The position numbers and the translations under genes were made by a program. The notes beneath the pieces were generated by a model. It was given only the letters and a program-made list of their open reading frames with translations, searched no databases and was not told where the DNA came from. Shown in pieces: positions 8,887-18,718 of a DNA stretch of 64,000 nt (position 1 is its first letter; each line of letters begins with the position of its first letter). Location of the stretch: the NCBI GenBank assembly GCA_964598205.1, contig CAZRBB010000005.1, forward strand, positions 5,721 through 69,720. Reading direction: 5' to 3'. The stretch is from an uncultured Candidatus Saccharibacteria bacterium (lineage in GTDB: Bacteria > Patescibacteriota > Minisyncoccia > CAIUEV01 > JAHKAQ01).

Positions 8887-11610
8887 TTATTGTTTTTTTC
8901 CGCAACACTTCTTATATTTCTTTCCCGATCCGCAGGGACAAGGACTGTTGCGACTTACTTTTGGAGTAAAATTAGCTCCAACATTAACACTAGCCGCTTC
9001 TGCGGTATCCTTTCCGGGAACGCCCTTTAATTCTAGTTTAGAAGGAGGAGGTAGAATATTTTTTTCTTCTTCCTCTTTTCCCTTAACCATTATTTCTGTT
9101 TTAAAAAGCGCTTCTACGGAAGAAAAAAGAACACTACTAAAAAAGTTTTGGAACATTTCAAAACCATCTTTTTTGTATTCCACCAAAGGATCTCTCTGAC
9201 CATATCCGCGAAGTCCAATTCCTTCTCGTAAATGTTGCATATTATCCAAATGCTCCATCCATAAAAGATCAGAATTTTTTAGAATAATCACCCGCTCCAA
9301 ACTGCGAAAAACACTGGCGCCAAACTTCTCTTCTTTCTCTTTGTAAAGAGAAAGAACATAGTCATTAATTGTCTTTTTGATTTCTTTAATTTTTTCTTCA
9401 CCACTAAAATGCGAATCATTAAAAATCTTCTCTAACTTTTCTTCTAAATCTTCTTTGGCATTAAAAACAGCCCGACAGTTTTCTTTGATTTCCCCTAAAT
9501 TCCAGGAGCGTTCTTCTTCTCCTAGGGTATGCGCCTTAACAACTCTCCCTACTACTTCTTTGATCATACCTAAAACATCTTCCTTCTGTAATAATCCTAA
9601 AAGATTTTCCCTTCGTTTTTGGTAAACTACTTCCCGTTGGCGGTTAATTACATCGTCGTATTCCAAAACATGCTTTCTAATATCAAAGTTAAAACCTTCA
9701 ATTTTTTTCTGCGCTGATTCTATGGAACGATTTACAATTTTATTTTGAATCGGCTGGTCTTCTGGTAGCCCCAAAGCATCCATCATTTGCTTTATCTTTT
9801 CTGAACCAAACCGTTTCATTAATTCATCTTCCAAGGAAACATAGAATTGCGAACTCCCAGGATCTCCTTGCCGACCAGCACGACCACGAAGCTGATCGTC
9901 TATTCGCCGTGCTTCGTGTCGCTCCGTTCCAATAATATGTAGTCCTCCCAAAGAAGCTACGCCCTCTTCTAGCTTAATATCTGTTCCTCGACCGGCCATA
10001 TTAGTAGCCAAAGTGATTGCTCCCTTTTCTCCCGCTTTGGCAATAATTAACGCTTCTTTTTCGTGATTCTTAGCGTTTAGGATTTCGTAATCCAACCCTT
10101 CTCGCAAAAGATACTCAGCCAGTTCTTCTGATTTTTCTACCGAAATAGTTCCCACCAAAACTGGTTGACCTTTTTTATTTCTTTTTTTGATTTCCTTAGC
10201 AATTGCTTCCATTTTCCCATGCTCGCTTTTGTATATTTTGTCTGAAAAATCTTGTCTTACCATTGGCCGATTGGTGGGAATAGAAAGAACGTCTAGTTTA
10301 TAGACCTTAAAAAGTTCTTCAGCAGAAGTCATTGCCGTTCCGGTCATTCCCGCTAATTTTTTATAAAGCCGAAAATAATTCTGAAAAGTGATTGTGGCCA
10401 GTGTTCGACTTTCTTTTTGGATCGCCACTCCTTCTTTTGCTTCTAGTGCTTGATGCAACCCCTCAGAAAAACGCCGTCCAGGCATTAAGCGACCAGTAAA
10501 ATCGTCTACAATAATCACTTCTCCTTCTTGCACCACATATTGCTTGTCTCTTTTAAAAATAGCGTGCGCTTTTAATGCTTGATTCAAATGGTGTACAAAC
10601 CGCATATTCTCCGCAGCGTACATATTACTAATACCCAATTTCTTTTCGATTTTCTCCATACCGCTTTCCGAAAGAGAAACCGCCTGCATTTTTTCGTCTA
10701 AATTGTAGTCCTTTTCCGGGATTAAAATCGGCACTACCTTGGCAAACTTAAGATAAAGTTTGTTAGATTCTTCGTCTGCGGCAGAAATAATTAAAGGCGT
10801 TCGCGCCTCGTCTATTAAAATACTGTCTACTTCGTCTACAATGGCAAAATTCAAATAATCTTTTTTAAAAAAGCCTTCTTTTTTTTCATCCTTTTTTTGT
10901 CGCTTCTCTTCTTCTTCTTTTAAAAGTCCCAAGTCTCTCACTTGAACCATTTGCGCCAAATCTAAAACCATATTGTCTCGCAGGTAATCAAAGCCAAATT
11001 CATTATTAGTCCCATAAGTAATATCGGCCGCATAAGCTTCTCCGCGAGGCACTGCTCTTAAATTATCGTACTCAATACTCACCTCTTCTTGATCCGATTT
11101 AACTAAGGAGGAATATAAGTAAGCAGTATCGTGCTGAACACAACCTACCGAAAGCCCTAAAAAAGAATAAACGGCTCCCATCCAATTAGTATCCCGCCTA
11201 GCCAAGTAATCGTTCACCGTAATTATGTGCACTCCCCTTCCTTCTAGGGCGTTTAGGTAAACAGCAAAAACAGCGGCTAAAGTCTTTCCTTCACCGGTTT
11301 TCATTTCTGTGATTTTCCCCTGATGCAATCCTATTCCTCCCATAATTTGTGCATCGAATGCCCGCTGACCAATTGCCCGCTTGGCTCCTTCTCGGCAAAC
11401 AGCAAAAGCCCCTGGAAGAATTTCGTCTAGCGTCTTTCCTTTTCTTATTTGCTCCTTTAATTCAAAAGTTTTAGAACGCAGTTCGTTGTCGGAAAGCTTT
11501 ATTAAATCAGCTTCTAGTCCATTTATCCTTTCAACCAAAACTTTTATTTTCTTTATTTCTTGATTGTTGGAATCAACAAAAATATTCTGGATTTTTTTTA
11601 AAAAATTCAT
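8887..11610 (-). CDS. secA: Preprotein translocase ATPase SecA
   Basis: MKTGEGKT, DEVDSILIDEARTPLIIS, C-terminal CPCGSGKKYKKCC. Confidence 0.98.
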   Translation of the reverse strand: MNFLKKIQNIFVDSNNQEIKKIKVLVERINGLEADLIKLSDNELRSKTFELKEQIRKGKTLDEILPGAFAVCREGAKRAIGQRAFDAQIMGGIGLHQGKITEMKTGEGKTLAAVFAVYLNALEGRGVHIITVNDYLARRDTNWMGAVYSFLGLSVGCVQHDTAYLYSSLVKSDQEEVSIEYDNLRAVPRGEAYAADITYGTNNEFGFDYLRDNMVLDLAQMVQVRDLGLLKEEEEKRQKKDEKKEGFFKKDYLNFAIVDEVDSILIDEARTPLIISAADEESNKLYLKFAKVVPILIPEKDYNLDEKMQAVSLSESGMEKIEKKLGISNMYAAENMRFVHHLNQALKAHAIFKRDKQYVVQEGEVIIVDDFTGRLMPGRRFSEGLHQALEAKEGVAIQKESRTLATITFQNYFRLYKKLAGMTGTAMTSAEELFKVYKLDVLSIPTNRPMVRQDFSDKIYKSEHGKMEAIAKEIKKRNKKGQPVLVGTISVEKSEELAEYLLREGLDYEILNAKNHEKEALIIAKAGEKGAITLATNMAGRGTDIKLEEGVASLGGLHIIGTERHEARRIDDQLRGRAGRQGDPGSSQFYVSLEDELMKRFGSEKIKQMMDALGLPEDQPIQNKIVNRSIESAQKKIEGFNFDIRKHVLEYDDVINRQREVVYQKRRENLLGLLQKEDVLGMIKEVVGRVVKAHTLGEEERSWNLGEIKENCRAVFNAKEDLEEKLEKIFNDSHFSGEEKIKEIKKTINDYVLSLYKEKEEKFGASVFRSLERVIILKNSDLLWMEHLDNMQHLREGIGLRGYGQRDPLVEYKKDGFEMFQNFFSSVLFSSVEALFKTEIMVKGKEEEEKNILPPPSKLELKGVPGKDTAEAASVNVGANFTPKVSRNSPCPCGSGKKYKKCCGKKQ

Positions 11611-11617
11611 AATTTTA

Positions 11618-11971
11618 TTAAAAACGAGCCCCCTTATCTATGGAGAAGAGTTTTTTTAGGCTCAAAGTTCCCCTCTTAAAAAGAGTTCTTTTCTTTTTTT
11701 GTTCTTTATTAATTTGCGATTTTAGTTGCTCAACCACTAAATCCCCGGCTACTTCTACAACTTCCGCCTTCTCTCTGGCCAAATAATGCTGACCAGATCC
11801 CCTAATCTGCATTTCCACTAGAAAAAAACCCTGCTTGTCTTTCTCTACCTCTATTTCTAAAATTTCTTCCTTATTCTTAAAAAATTTTTCTAACTTCTGA
11901 ATTTTTTCTTCTAAATAAGTCTTGTTTTTATCCGAAAGCACAACTCCCTTTTGGCGATACTTGATTTGCAT
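11618..11971 (-). CDS. hpf: Ribosome hibernation promoting factor / RaiA family
   Basis: YLEEKIQKLEKF N-terminal pattern, ~115 aa, usual position upstream of secA. Confidence 0.8.
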   Translation of the reverse strand: MQIKYRQKGVVLSDKNKTYLEEKIQKLEKFFKNKEEILEIEVEKDKQGFFLVEMQIRGSGQHYLAREKAEVVEVAGDLVVEQLKSQINKEQKKKRTLFKRGTLSLKKLFSIDKGARF

Positions 11972-12109
11972 GGCGGTTTCTTAATATTTATTTCTATAGT
12001 TCTTAGGACTTACGCATTTGGTATAGCAGACCCTAATTTATTCTACTTGTTTTTCTTGGTAAAGCAATTCATCCAATTTTGAATTTCGAATCAACAGTTT
12101 TGATTCATA

Positions 12110-12333
12110 GCTTTTCTGAACCAATGTTCTTCTCCCAGTTCGTTCGTCCTCGACCAGGACTCGCTCCGCCTTGTTCCTGTTTTACTTTACCTAAAAAGCT
12201 TAAGACTTTAGAGACTAGAAGAATAACTGTTTCAAGCAGAATTGAGTTGTTTCTGCTTGAAACAGTTATTCTTCTAGTCTCTTTCTGTTGTGGGAACAAG
12301 GAGCCTCCTCTAAGAACATTGTTTCAGAAAAGC
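12110..12333 (-). mobile_element. MITE-like structured palindromic element, copy 1
   Basis: Terminal inverted repeat GCTTTTCTGAA..TTCAGAAAAGC; perfect 32-bp inner stem 12210-12241/12251-12282; flanking direct repeat TTGATTCATA at 12100-12109 and 12334-12343. Confidence 0.7.
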
Positions 12334-12431
12334 TTGATTCATAATTCTTTATTCAAAATTATTTCGAAATTCAAAATTAGTCATTCGTAATTAAATAATG
12401 TATACTTGCTTGGTTTTTATTAAGAAAAATC

Positions 12432-15248
12432 ATGAAAAAAATCGTTATTCAAGGAGCCAGAGAAAATAACTTAAAAAATATCAGTTTAGAGTTGCCTCGA
12501 GGCAAGTTTATTGCTTTTACGGGTGTTTCCGGTTCCGGCAAATCCACTCTAGCCTTAGACACCATTTTTGCCGAAGGTCAAAGAAGATACCTAGAAAGTC
12601 TTTCTAGTTACGCTCGGCAATTTTTAGGGCAAATGGACAAGCCAGATGTAGATTTAATAGACGGCCTTTCTCCCGCCATTTCTATTAGCCAAAAAACTGC
12701 CGGTGGCAATCCTCGCTCTACCGTTGGTACCGTAACCGAAATCTACGATTATCTGCGACTTCTTTTTGCCAAAGCAGGAACACCCCATTGCCTTTTTTGC
12801 GGAAAAGAAATCAAAAAAATCTCTAGCGACGAAATGCTCTGTGAAATCCTAGATCAATTCCCAGAAAAAGAAACCTTAGAAATTTACGCCCCAATCGTCC
12901 GTGGTCGCAAAGGAGAATACCAAGGACTCTTAGAAAATCTTTACCGAGAAGGTTACGAAGAAGCACTTGTTAATGGTCGCGTCTTTAAACTTTCCGCTCA
13001 TCGATTTGCCAACCTGGACCGTCATAGCCGTCATCGCATAGAAGTTTTGGTAGACAGACTAGAACTTGAACCCGGTAACTTAGAACGGCTAAACGAAAAT
13101 GTTGAGCAAGCACTAAAGCTAGCAGGAGGAACTGTTACTATTAAAAACAAAGAAAAAACAGCAACCTTTAATCGCAATCAAATCTGCCCCGATTGTAACT
13201 ACAGTTCGCCAGAAATTGAACCCCGCTCTTTCTCCTTCAACAGTCCATACGGCGCCTGCCCCGACTGTGACGGATTAGGAAGAAAACTAGAACTTTCCGA
13301 AAAATTAATTATTCCCGATTACACAAAAACTATTGGCCAAGGCGGTCTTTTGCCTTGGAGCTACCGAACAGGTAATTGGATTGCTTCTATTATTAACGCC
13401 GTGACCCAAGAATTAAAAATTTCTACTCACGATCGCTTAAAAGACATTCCCGCTCACAAGATGGAACGCCTATTAAAAGGCGACGAAGAACCAATCTTAA
13501 TCAAAGTTCGCCTTCATAGTCACCATCAACGAATTTGGCGCTTTCGTTTTTCTGGATTGCTAAATTATTTAGAAAAACGACACCTAGAAACCGATTCCGA
13601 AAAAGTAAGAAAAGAAATAGAAAAATACATGATTCGCCGAGTTTGCCCCGCCTGCCAAGGAGCCCGACTTAAAAAAGAAAGTCTCTTGGTTAAAATTGGT
13701 GGAAAAAACATTAGCCAAGTAACTGAATTTTCCATTCAAGAAGCCGTTAAGTTTTTTAGTGATTTAAAATTAACCAAAACTCAAGCAGCTATTGCCAAGA
13801 GTATTAATAAAGAAATTCAAAACCGACTTTCTTTCTTAGAAAATGTTGGCTTGTCTTACCTTTCACTAAGCCGCGCTTCTAATACCCTTTCCGGCGGCGA
13901 ATCTCAACGCATCCGCTTAGCCAGTCAAATCGGTGCTGGACTAACCGGCGTACTTTATATCTTAGACGAGCCGTCTATTGGTCTTCATGCCAAAGACAAT
14001 CAAAAATTACTCACAACTCTTCACCATTTACGCGATCTAGAAAATACCGTCATTGTAATTGAACACGACGAAGAAACTATTCTAAGTGCCGACTGGCTCA
14101 CAGATATTGGTCCAGAAGCCGGAAAAAAAGGTGGCAATATCGTGGTTAACGCCCCTCTAAAAAAAGCACTAAAAAATTCTGATTCGCTTACCGTCCGCTA
14201 TTTGACCGGTGAAGAAAAAATTGCCGTTCCCGCCACTCGTCGTCGAAAAGGAAAAAATATTTTAAAAGTAGTAGAAGCCGAAGAACATAACTTAAGAAAG
14301 ATTAGTCCAGAAATCCCGCTTGGTTCGTTTACGGTTGTTACTGGAGTTTCTGGTTCCGGCAAGTCTACCTTGGTCAACGAAATTATTTACAAAACACTTG
14401 CCCGCCATTTTTACCGATCCTTAGAACAGCCGGGGCGATGCAAAGAAATCAAAGGATTGCACCATTTAAAAAAAGTAATCAATGTTGATCAATCTCCTAT
14501 TGGTCGCACTCCCCGATCCAACCCGGCCACTTACACCAAGGTCTTTACCCCTATTCGGGAACTTTTTGCCCAAACCAAAGATGCCCGCCAAAAAGGTTTT
14601 GGACCAGGAAGGTTTAGTTTTAATGTTAACGGCGGTCGTTGTGAAAATTGCAAAGGAGAAGGGTTTCTTAAAGTATCTATGCAGTTTTTGCCAGATGTTT
14701 ACCTACCCTGCGATATTTGCCAGGGACAACGCTTTAAAAAGGAAACTCTAAAAATCCATTACCGAGGAAAAAACATTGCCGAAGTTCTAGGAATGACTGT
14801 AACCGAAGCTTTTGAATTTTTTCACGACATCCCTCAAATTGCCGATATTCTAAAAGTAATCGACGAAGTTGGTCTGGGATATATTCAATTAGGACAAGCA
14901 GCCACCACTCTTTCTGGAGGCGAAGCCCAGCGAGTTAAGCTAGCTTCGGAGCTGGCTAAAAGAAGTGTTGGTCAAACACTCTACATTTTAGACGAACCGA
15001 CTACGGGTCTTCACTTTGAAGATATTAAAAAATTACTTTCAGTTTTACAAAAACTAACCGATCAAAACAACACCGTCTTGGTTATTGAGCATAACTTAGA
15101 TGTAATTAAATCTGCCGATTGGATTATTGATCTTGGTCCCGAAGGAGGCAAGCAAGGCGGAAAGATCATTGCCCAAGGATCGCCAGAAGAAATCATTAAG
15201 TATCCCGAAAGTGCTACCGGCCAATTCTTAAAAGAAAAATTAGTTTAA
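12432..15248 (+). CDS. uvrA: Excinuclease ABC subunit A
   Basis: Two GVSGSGKS Walker A motifs, two LSGGE signatures, zinc fingers. Confidence 0.98.
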   Translation: MKKIVIQGARENNLKNISLELPRGKFIAFTGVSGSGKSTLALDTIFAEGQRRYLESLSSYARQFLGQMDKPDVDLIDGLSPAISISQKTAGGNPRSTVGTVTEIYDYLRLLFAKAGTPHCLFCGKEIKKISSDEMLCEILDQFPEKETLEIYAPIVRGRKGEYQGLLENLYREGYEEALVNGRVFKLSAHRFANLDRHSRHRIEVLVDRLELEPGNLERLNENVEQALKLAGGTVTIKNKEKTATFNRNQICPDCNYSSPEIEPRSFSFNSPYGACPDCDGLGRKLELSEKLIIPDYTKTIGQGGLLPWSYRTGNWIASIINAVTQELKISTHDRLKDIPAHKMERLLKGDEEPILIKVRLHSHHQRIWRFRFSGLLNYLEKRHLETDSEKVRKEIEKYMIRRVCPACQGARLKKESLLVKIGGKNISQVTEFSIQEAVKFFSDLKLTKTQAAIAKSINKEIQNRLSFLENVGLSYLSLSRASNTLSGGESQRIRLASQIGAGLTGVLYILDEPSIGLHAKDNQKLLTTLHHLRDLENTVIVIEHDEETILSADWLTDIGPEAGKKGGNIVVNAPLKKALKNSDSLTVRYLTGEEKIAVPATRRRKGKNILKVVEAEEHNLRKISPEIPLGSFTVVTGVSGSGKSTLVNEIIYKTLARHFYRSLEQPGRCKEIKGLHHLKKVINVDQSPIGRTPRSNPATYTKVFTPIRELFAQTKDARQKGFGPGRFSFNVNGGRCENCKGEGFLKVSMQFLPDVYLPCDICQGQRFKKETLKIHYRGKNIAEVLGMTVTEAFEFFHDIPQIADILKVIDEVGLGYIQLGQAATTLSGGEAQRVKLASELAKRSVGQTLYILDEPTTGLHFEDIKKLLSVLQKLTDQNNTVLVIEHNLDVIKSADWIIDLGPEGGKQGGKIIAQGSPEEIIKYPESATGQFLKEKLV

Positions 15249-15254
15249 AATCTA

Positions 15255-15503
15255 AATCTAAAACCCCAAAGTCAATATTCTCTTTTAGACAATAGCTCCC
15301 AAGAGACTCGCTTGGGCAGACAAGGCTCTGAGTCTGCCTACGCGAGTCTCTTGGGAGCTATTGAAGCTTAAAATAATATTTGAGGACTAAGGATATATCT
15401 GTTCAGAAGACTAAGAGCCTTGTCTTCTGAACAGATATATCCTTAGTCCTCTTTCCATAATAAAAGCATCTCAAAAGAATATTGGTTTTTGGGGTTTTAG
15501 ATT
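15255..15503 (+). other. Three-way-junction structured element with two long hairpins whose loops are complementary
   Basis: Outer stem 15255-15270/15488-15503; hairpins 15290-15363 and 15382-15451. Confidence 0.8.
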
Positions 15504-15515
15504 ATTGCGCTTTTT

Positions 15516-15524
15516 TGCTATAAT
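15516..15524 (+). promoter_or_regulatory. Extended -10 promoter element (TGCTATAAT)
   Basis: TGnTATAAT consensus about 45 nt upstream of the ORF at 15569. Confidence 0.55.
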
Positions 15525-15568
15525 TTACCCGCAAGAATTAATCGTCGATTAAAATAAAAACACAGTTA

Positions 15569-15943
15569 ATGTTTCATTTTTTCTCTTTTTATCTTTCTTC
15601 TGTTTCCGAGACTGCTTCTTCTTGGATTGTCTCTTTTTTGTTCTTTTGGCTTGTAGAAGCTCCTCGCCGTTTTTGGGAAAAAGCAATTGCCATGTCCTTG
15701 GTTTTTGAAAAGTCTTGGGCCACCTATATTACTTTTAGAAATTTATTCGCCCCTCTTTATCAAGATTACTCAATAATCGGTCGAATAATTGGTCCATTTT
15801 TTAGATTAGGACGCATTGTCATTGGCATCTTGATCCATTTATTGCTCCTTTTATTTTGGCTTTTTTCGTTCCTTATTTTTTGCTTGGTGCTTTGGGGATC
15901 GCCGATTTTCTTTTTGATCAATCTTTTTATCTGGAATCAATAA
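15569..15943 (+). CDS. Hypothetical membrane protein, probably co-transcribed with the Clp-like ATPase
   Basis: Hydrophobic; NLFAPLYQDYSIIGRIIG motif; its stop abuts the next ATG. Confidence 0.75.
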   Translation: MFHFFSFYLSSVSETASSWIVSFLFFWLVEAPRRFWEKAIAMSLVFEKSWATYITFRNLFAPLYQDYSIIGRIIGPFFRLGRIVIGILIHLLLLLFWLFSFLIFCLVLWGSPIFFLINLFIWNQ

Positions 15944-18676
15944 ATGAGTATTGAAAAAACAAAAAATAAAACAAAAGAGTTTTCTTGTTCTTCTTGCCAA
16001 GGAACCGGTCGTGCTGGTCAAACCGAAGGAACTTGCCCCAATTGTAATGGCAAAGGTTTTTACCAAAAAATCCGCGGATTGGTTCTTTTTTGGGGAAAAA
16101 AACAAAAAGGAATCCCTAGTGTAATTCAAAAATCATTAGAAAAAACTGCCGAAACAATAGAAATTATTATTTTTGTTTTAGGAACACTGTTTATTTTCTT
16201 GGGAGCAATTAATCTTTGGGACAATCTGAAAGCTCACGACAGTATTCTCTTTGATTTGAATCTATTTTTTGACATTTTTTTTGCAGGCTACGCCACCGCC
16301 CCTCTCTGGTTGGGAATATTTCTTCTTTTGGTTCTTTATTTTCATCGGTTCGTTTTTAGAAAGCCCAATCCTATTAACGCCAAAAATCCTTTTTACCGTT
16401 ATCTTTTAGCTGAAAACCCATTCTCCCAAGACAAAAAACAAACACCAAAAGCACTAGATATTTCCACTTCCGCTTCTAAAAATATTATTAAAATCCTCGC
16501 CGATTCATTAAATCTAGCTTTTAGGCGTCAACAAAAACCAGAACTTACTCATTTGCTTTTTGCCCTTATTCAAAAAAAAGAAATCCAGTCCGTCTTTTAT
16601 AAATTAGAAATTCCACCATTAGAATTCATTGAAGAGGCCTTAAAAAAATCTGCCGGATTCACACCGGAAAATTTTTTTCTACTTCCTAAAGAATATAAAA
16701 AAATTCTTTTAAGATCTTTCTGGGAAGCAGTAAGAAACGAAGACGAGACCATTCTCCCGGAACATCTTTTGGCGGCACTAGTCGATGAAAAAGACTTCAA
16801 ATTGGTCTTAAACCGCTTTGGGGTCACTGTAGAAGATTTTCGTAATGTTATTTTTTGGATCAAGTATCAAAAAAAGAGAACCGAAGGATTCCTAGAAGAA
16901 GACTCTTTTCGTCGACCACCGCATAGAATAATGAACAAAAGCTGGAGTGCCGTAATGACCAAAACCTTAGACGCTTTTTCCACGGATATCACCGACTACG
17001 CCCGAGCAGGATTGCTTTTCCCAATTGCCAACCGAGTAGAAGAAATTAGATCCTTAATTCAAATTCTAGAAAGAAGGAGTCGCAACAATGCCCTTCTAAT
17101 TGGAGAAGAAGGCAGCGGCAGAGAAACATTGGTCAGAGGCTTGGCCCAGAAAGTAGTTCGAGGAAAAATATCTGGATCACTTTTTGACAAACGAATCGTC
17201 AAGCTAAACTTGGCCAGCCTTGGTAGCGGTTTAGGATCTGATGGTGGTCTTCTTAAAAATAGGATCGAAGTTATTATGAGAGAAATAATCCACACCCAGA
17301 ATGTTATCCTTTATATTCCAGAAATTCACGAACTAGCCAAGGTAACTAGTTTTTCTTCTTTCGATATTCTTAGCTACCTAGCGCCGCTTTTCTCTCAAAG
17401 CATTATCCAAGTGATTGGTTCTACTTCCCAAGAATACTATCACGACTACTTAGAACCACGAGGAGAATTTGCTCAAATGTTCGACATTATTAAAATACCA
17501 GAACTCTCCTTGGACGCATCTCTTAAAGCAGTTTCTCTACGCGTACCACTCTTGGAAAGACAAGAAGGAGTTTCTATTTCTTACCGTGCCGCCGAAGAAG
17601 CCGTGAAAAAATCTGCTAGATACATTACCGACCGACTCCTTCCTCAAAAAGCCATAGACATTTTAGCCGAGGCGGTAGTTAGAAGTAAAAACATTAAAGG
17701 ACAAGGCTTTGTTACAGAACAAGAAGTCCAAGAAGTTTTTTCCGAAAAGACCGGTATTCCACTAACCGCCATGAAAGAAAACGAAGCCGATGAACTTTTG
17801 CTTTTAGAAGAAAAAATAAGAAAACAAGTAATCGGTCAAGAAAGAGCAGTCTCCGATGTTTCGGCCGCTATTCGCCGTGCCCGCGTAAGGATCGGAGAAA
17901 TAGAACGACCCATTGCCGTCTTTTTATTTGTTGGACCAACAGGTGTTGGTAAAACGGAATTAGCCAAAGCACTTGCCGAAATTTATTTCGGCGCCAAAGA
18001 AAAAATGATTCGCCTAGACATGAGCGAATTCGCCACTCCCTACGACATTGAAAGACTACTGGGCAATACTGGCGGTTCCGTCTCTGGACTCTTAACCGAA
18101 CAAGTTCGCAAAAGCCCCTTCTCCTTAGTCCTTTTAGATGAATTTGAAAAAGCTTCTTCTAATATTTGGGACCTCTTTTTACAAATCTTCGATGACGGCC
18201 GAATCACAGACGGTATGGGAAGAGTGGTCAACTTTACCAACACCATTATTATTGCCACTTCCAATGTTGGCAGTCGGCAAATTCTAGAAAACTTAGCTCA
18301 AGGAGGATCGCAAGAATCTATTCAAGAATTAGTTCAAAAAGAACTCCTCACCGTTTTCCGACCAGAATTTATTAATCGCTTTGACGATGTAGTAACTTTT
18401 AATCCGCTTTCCAAAGACAATATTAAAGAAGTTTCTCTTTTGGAAATTAAAAACTTAAACCAGCGACTTGGCGAAGAACAAGGATTAACCGTTGTCTTGG
18501 CCGAAGATGCACTAGACCATTTAGCAGAAATCGGCTATAGTCCCAAGTTCGGTGCCCGCTTCTTAAAACGCTTAATGAGAGAGAAAATAGAAGACGCTCT
18601 GGTAGTAGGAATCCTAAAGAATCAATACCCGCGGGGCAGCGTCGTTACAATTACGAAAGAACAGCTAGTAAAGTAG
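15944..18676 (+). CDS. ClpA/B/C-like AAA+ ATPase with an N-terminal CxxCxGxG zinc finger and TM helices
   Basis: NBD2 GPTGVGKTELAK, RLDMSE, LLDEFEKA, FRPEFINR; degenerate NBD1. Confidence 0.88.
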   Translation: MSIEKTKNKTKEFSCSSCQGTGRAGQTEGTCPNCNGKGFYQKIRGLVLFWGKKQKGIPSVIQKSLEKTAETIEIIIFVLGTLFIFLGAINLWDNLKAHDSILFDLNLFFDIFFAGYATAPLWLGIFLLLVLYFHRFVFRKPNPINAKNPFYRYLLAENPFSQDKKQTPKALDISTSASKNIIKILADSLNLAFRRQQKPELTHLLFALIQKKEIQSVFYKLEIPPLEFIEEALKKSAGFTPENFFLLPKEYKKILLRSFWEAVRNEDETILPEHLLAALVDEKDFKLVLNRFGVTVEDFRNVIFWIKYQKKRTEGFLEEDSFRRPPHRIMNKSWSAVMTKTLDAFSTDITDYARAGLLFPIANRVEEIRSLIQILERRSRNNALLIGEEGSGRETLVRGLAQKVVRGKISGSLFDKRIVKLNLASLGSGLGSDGGLLKNRIEVIMREIIHTQNVILYIPEIHELAKVTSFSSFDILSYLAPLFSQSIIQVIGSTSQEYYHDYLEPRGEFAQMFDIIKIPELSLDASLKAVSLRVPLLERQEGVSISYRAAEEAVKKSARYITDRLLPQKAIDILAEAVVRSKNIKGQGFVTEQEVQEVFSEKTGIPLTAMKENEADELLLLEEKIRKQVIGQERAVSDVSAAIRRARVRIGEIERPIAVFLFVGPTGVGKTELAKALAEIYFGAKEKMIRLDMSEFATPYDIERLLGNTGGSVSGLLTEQVRKSPFSLVLLDEFEKASSNIWDLFLQIFDDGRITDGMGRVVNFTNTIIIATSNVGSRQILENLAQGGSQESIQELVQKELLTVFRPEFINRFDDVVTFNPLSKDNIKEVSLLEIKNLNQRLGEEQGLTVVLAEDALDHLAEIGYSPKFGARFLKRLMREKIEDALVVGILKNQYPRGSVVTITKEQLVK

Positions 18677-18718
18677 CTTCACTTAATTATTTTTAGACAA
18701 TTTCAAAAATTATCTCTA

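Noticed and set aside
12079-12390. ORFs 12079-12390 (+) and 12105-12299 (-) sharing the peptide ETRRITVSSR...LLETVILLVS
   Set aside because: The shared peptide is a by-product of the perfect DNA palindrome; there is no independent sign of coding
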